Shown: positions 62,640 through 64,000 of the stretch, piece after piece
Position numbering within the stretch: the first letter of the stretch is position 1
Layout: each line of letters begins with the position of its first letter
Position numbers and translations under genes: made by a program
The notes under the pieces: model-generated
Databases searched by the model: none
What the model was told of the DNA's origin: nothing
What the model saw: the letters and a program-made list of their open reading frames with translations, nothing else
NCBI GenBank assembly: GCA_031278655.1
Contig: JAITJZ010000064.1
Location: 8,607 to 72,606 of the forward strand
Source of the DNA: Bifidobacteriaceae bacterium
Lineage (GTDB): Bacteria > Actinomycetota > Actinomycetes > Actinomycetales > WQXJ01
Length of the DNA stretch: 64,000 bases
Reading direction: 5' to 3'

Positions 62640-62755
62640 CCTTGTCCTGACCCTGGTCTGACCCTGGCCTGTTCGGGGCTCCGCCGGACTGCGCCGGCTA
62701 GCTGCGCTGGCGGACTGCGCCGGCTGGCTGCGCTGGCTGGCTGCGCTGGCTGGCG
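62628..62755. repeat. 11-bp repeat x4 spanning the dps stop, followed by 26-bp x2 and 13-bp repeats
   Basis: acc(c/t)tg(t/g)(c/t)ctg at 62628, 62639, 62650, 62661; cggactgcgccggct(a/g)gctgcgctgg at 62685 and 62711. Confidence 0.85.
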
Positions 62756-62780
62756 CCGACGGGCCGGTCCCGCCGCTGCC

Positions 62781-64000
62781 TCAGCCGTCGTCCGGGCTGG
62801 ACTGGCCCTCCAGGCCCGGTCGCAGGTCCGGCTCCATGTCCGGCTCGTGCGCCGGGTCGGCCTGGTCGGGGCCAGACGGATCGTCTGCGGGCGCCCCGGC
62901 GCCCCCAGCGTCTTCGCCGTCCGCGTCCTCAGCCGCGCCGTCGCCAGGCGGCTGCGGCCAGGCCTTGATGGCGGACAGTTTGGCGGAGGCGTCCGGGTAG
63001 ATCGTCAGCAATTGCCAGGCGGCGATCCGCCGCTCCCGGTCGAACAACAAGATGGTCAACTCCGCCGGGGCGCCGAGCGGCCCGAAGGTGGTCGACTCGG
63101 CGTTGTCCCGCCCGGTCGAGGCCTGGGTGTAGAGGATGCCGCCGCCGGCGGCGTGCGGGTTGGCGCGGCTGTGCATGTGGCCGGTGAGGGCCGCCGGGAC
63201 GCAGCCGCTGTCCAGCGCCGCCTCGGCCATGATCGGCCGATGCACCAGCAGGAAGTCGACCGGCCCGTCCTGGCAGGCGGTCTCGGCCAGGCGCCGCGCC
63301 ACATCCTCGATGGTCTCATCGCCGGTCAGCCGCGTGCCGGCGCCGACTTCGGTGTGCGTCGGGTCGAGGTCGCCCAGGATGCGCCAGCCCGCCACTTCCT
63401 CGACGCCGCCGTCCAGCACCACGGCGCCGGCGTCCCGCTCCTGCTCGGCGGTCTCGCGGGTGTCATGGTTGCCGGGCGCGGTCACCCAGGCCGCGTCCGG
63501 GGGGATGGCGGCCGCGATCTGGTCGACGCAGTAGCGTTCCACCGGCGTGCCGTCCACGGTGGTGTCGCCGCCGTCCAGCACCAGTTCGGTCGCCAGCGCC
63601 GCCGCCGCCGCGGCCACGACCTGAACCATGCCGACGTTGCAGTGCAGGTCGGAGAAGAACAGGACCGGTTCGAGGCCGCCGTACGGGTCGGCGCCCACCA
63701 ACCACGGCGCCGTCGAGGCGCCGCGCTCCGGCACGCCCTGGGAGGCGGCGCCCCCCGGCGCCCCAGTGTCCGATGCCGCCGTCCCCGACCCAGCGTCAGC
63801 GTCGGTGGCGCCGTCGTCAGAGCCAGCCGCAGACTCGCCACCGGAGCCGGCGCCGGAGCCAGCACCGCGGTCAGCACCAGATTCAGCACCAGATTCAGCA
63901 CCAGATTCAGCCCTGGCGCCGCCGTCCCCCGGGGCGGCGCCAGGCCCAGGCCCGGACTCAGACTCCGCCCGCTGCGCCGCCGCCAACGTCTGCGTGGCGA
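62781..64000 (-). CDS. Calcineurin-like metallophosphoesterase, 3' part (start beyond window)
   Basis: SDLH, GGD, GNHD and GHMH motifs; frame open to window end; G/A/S-rich insertion. Confidence 0.85.
   Translation of the reverse strand, partial: ATQTLAAAQRAESESGPGPGAAPGDGGARAESGAESGAESGADRGAGSGAGSGGESAAGSDDGATDADAGSGTAASDTGAPGGAASQGVPERGASTAPWLVGADPYGGLEPVLFFSDLHCNVGMVQVVAAAAAALATELVLDGGDTTVDGTPVERYCVDQIAAAIPPDAAWVTAPGNHDTRETAEQERDAGAVVLDGGVEEVAGWRILGDLDPTHTEVGAGTRLTGDETIEDVARRLAETACQDGPVDFLLVHRPIMAEAALDSGCVPAALTGHMHSRANPHAAGGGILYTQASTGRDNAESTTFGPLGAPAELTILLFDRERRIAAWQLLTIYPDASAKLSAIKAWPQPPGDGAAEDADGEDAGGAGAPADDPSGPDQADPAHEPDMEPDLRPGLEGQSSPDDG

Overview
High-GC (roughly 70%+) actinobacterial chromosomal segment, mostly housekeeping genes on the minus strand. 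In coordinate order these are: gltB 5' end, lgt, trpABC, hisI/hisF, pafA-prcA-prcB-pup, dop-arc, rsmB-fmt-priA-metK, coaBC-rpoZ-gmk-mihF-pyrF-carB, a heterodimeric ABC exporter, SPFH/NfeD, glgA, comEC/comEA, leuS, dps (plus strand) and a partial metallophosphoesterase. The usually contiguous Pup-proteasome locus is split between dop and pup by about 14.8 kb of other genes, which hold the best candidates for undescribed biology. (1) A three-gene operon: MFS transporter, an FAD oxidase resembling eukaryotic prenylcysteine oxidase/lyase, and an alpha/beta hydrolase. (2) A translationally coupled pair: an enlarged ~1700-aa PFOR with a tethered C-terminal ferredoxin, and a single-chain NfnB-NfnA-like flavoprotein with an extra N-terminal domain and a Cys-to-Asp change at a predicted Fe-S ligand. 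(3) A lower-GC two-gene module of unknown function. Other oddities: Arc lacks the GQYL proteasome-docking tail although prcBA look intact; PriA lacks its whole Cys-rich zinc region; RsmB has a ~200-aa R/G/D/E/Y repeat N-terminus; carB-pyrF is detached from carA but carries a PyrR-type operator over its RBS; short tandem-repeat expansions are pervasive. I saw no tRNA, rRNA, CRISPR array, integrase or transposase. All family assignments are from recalled motifs; no database search was run.
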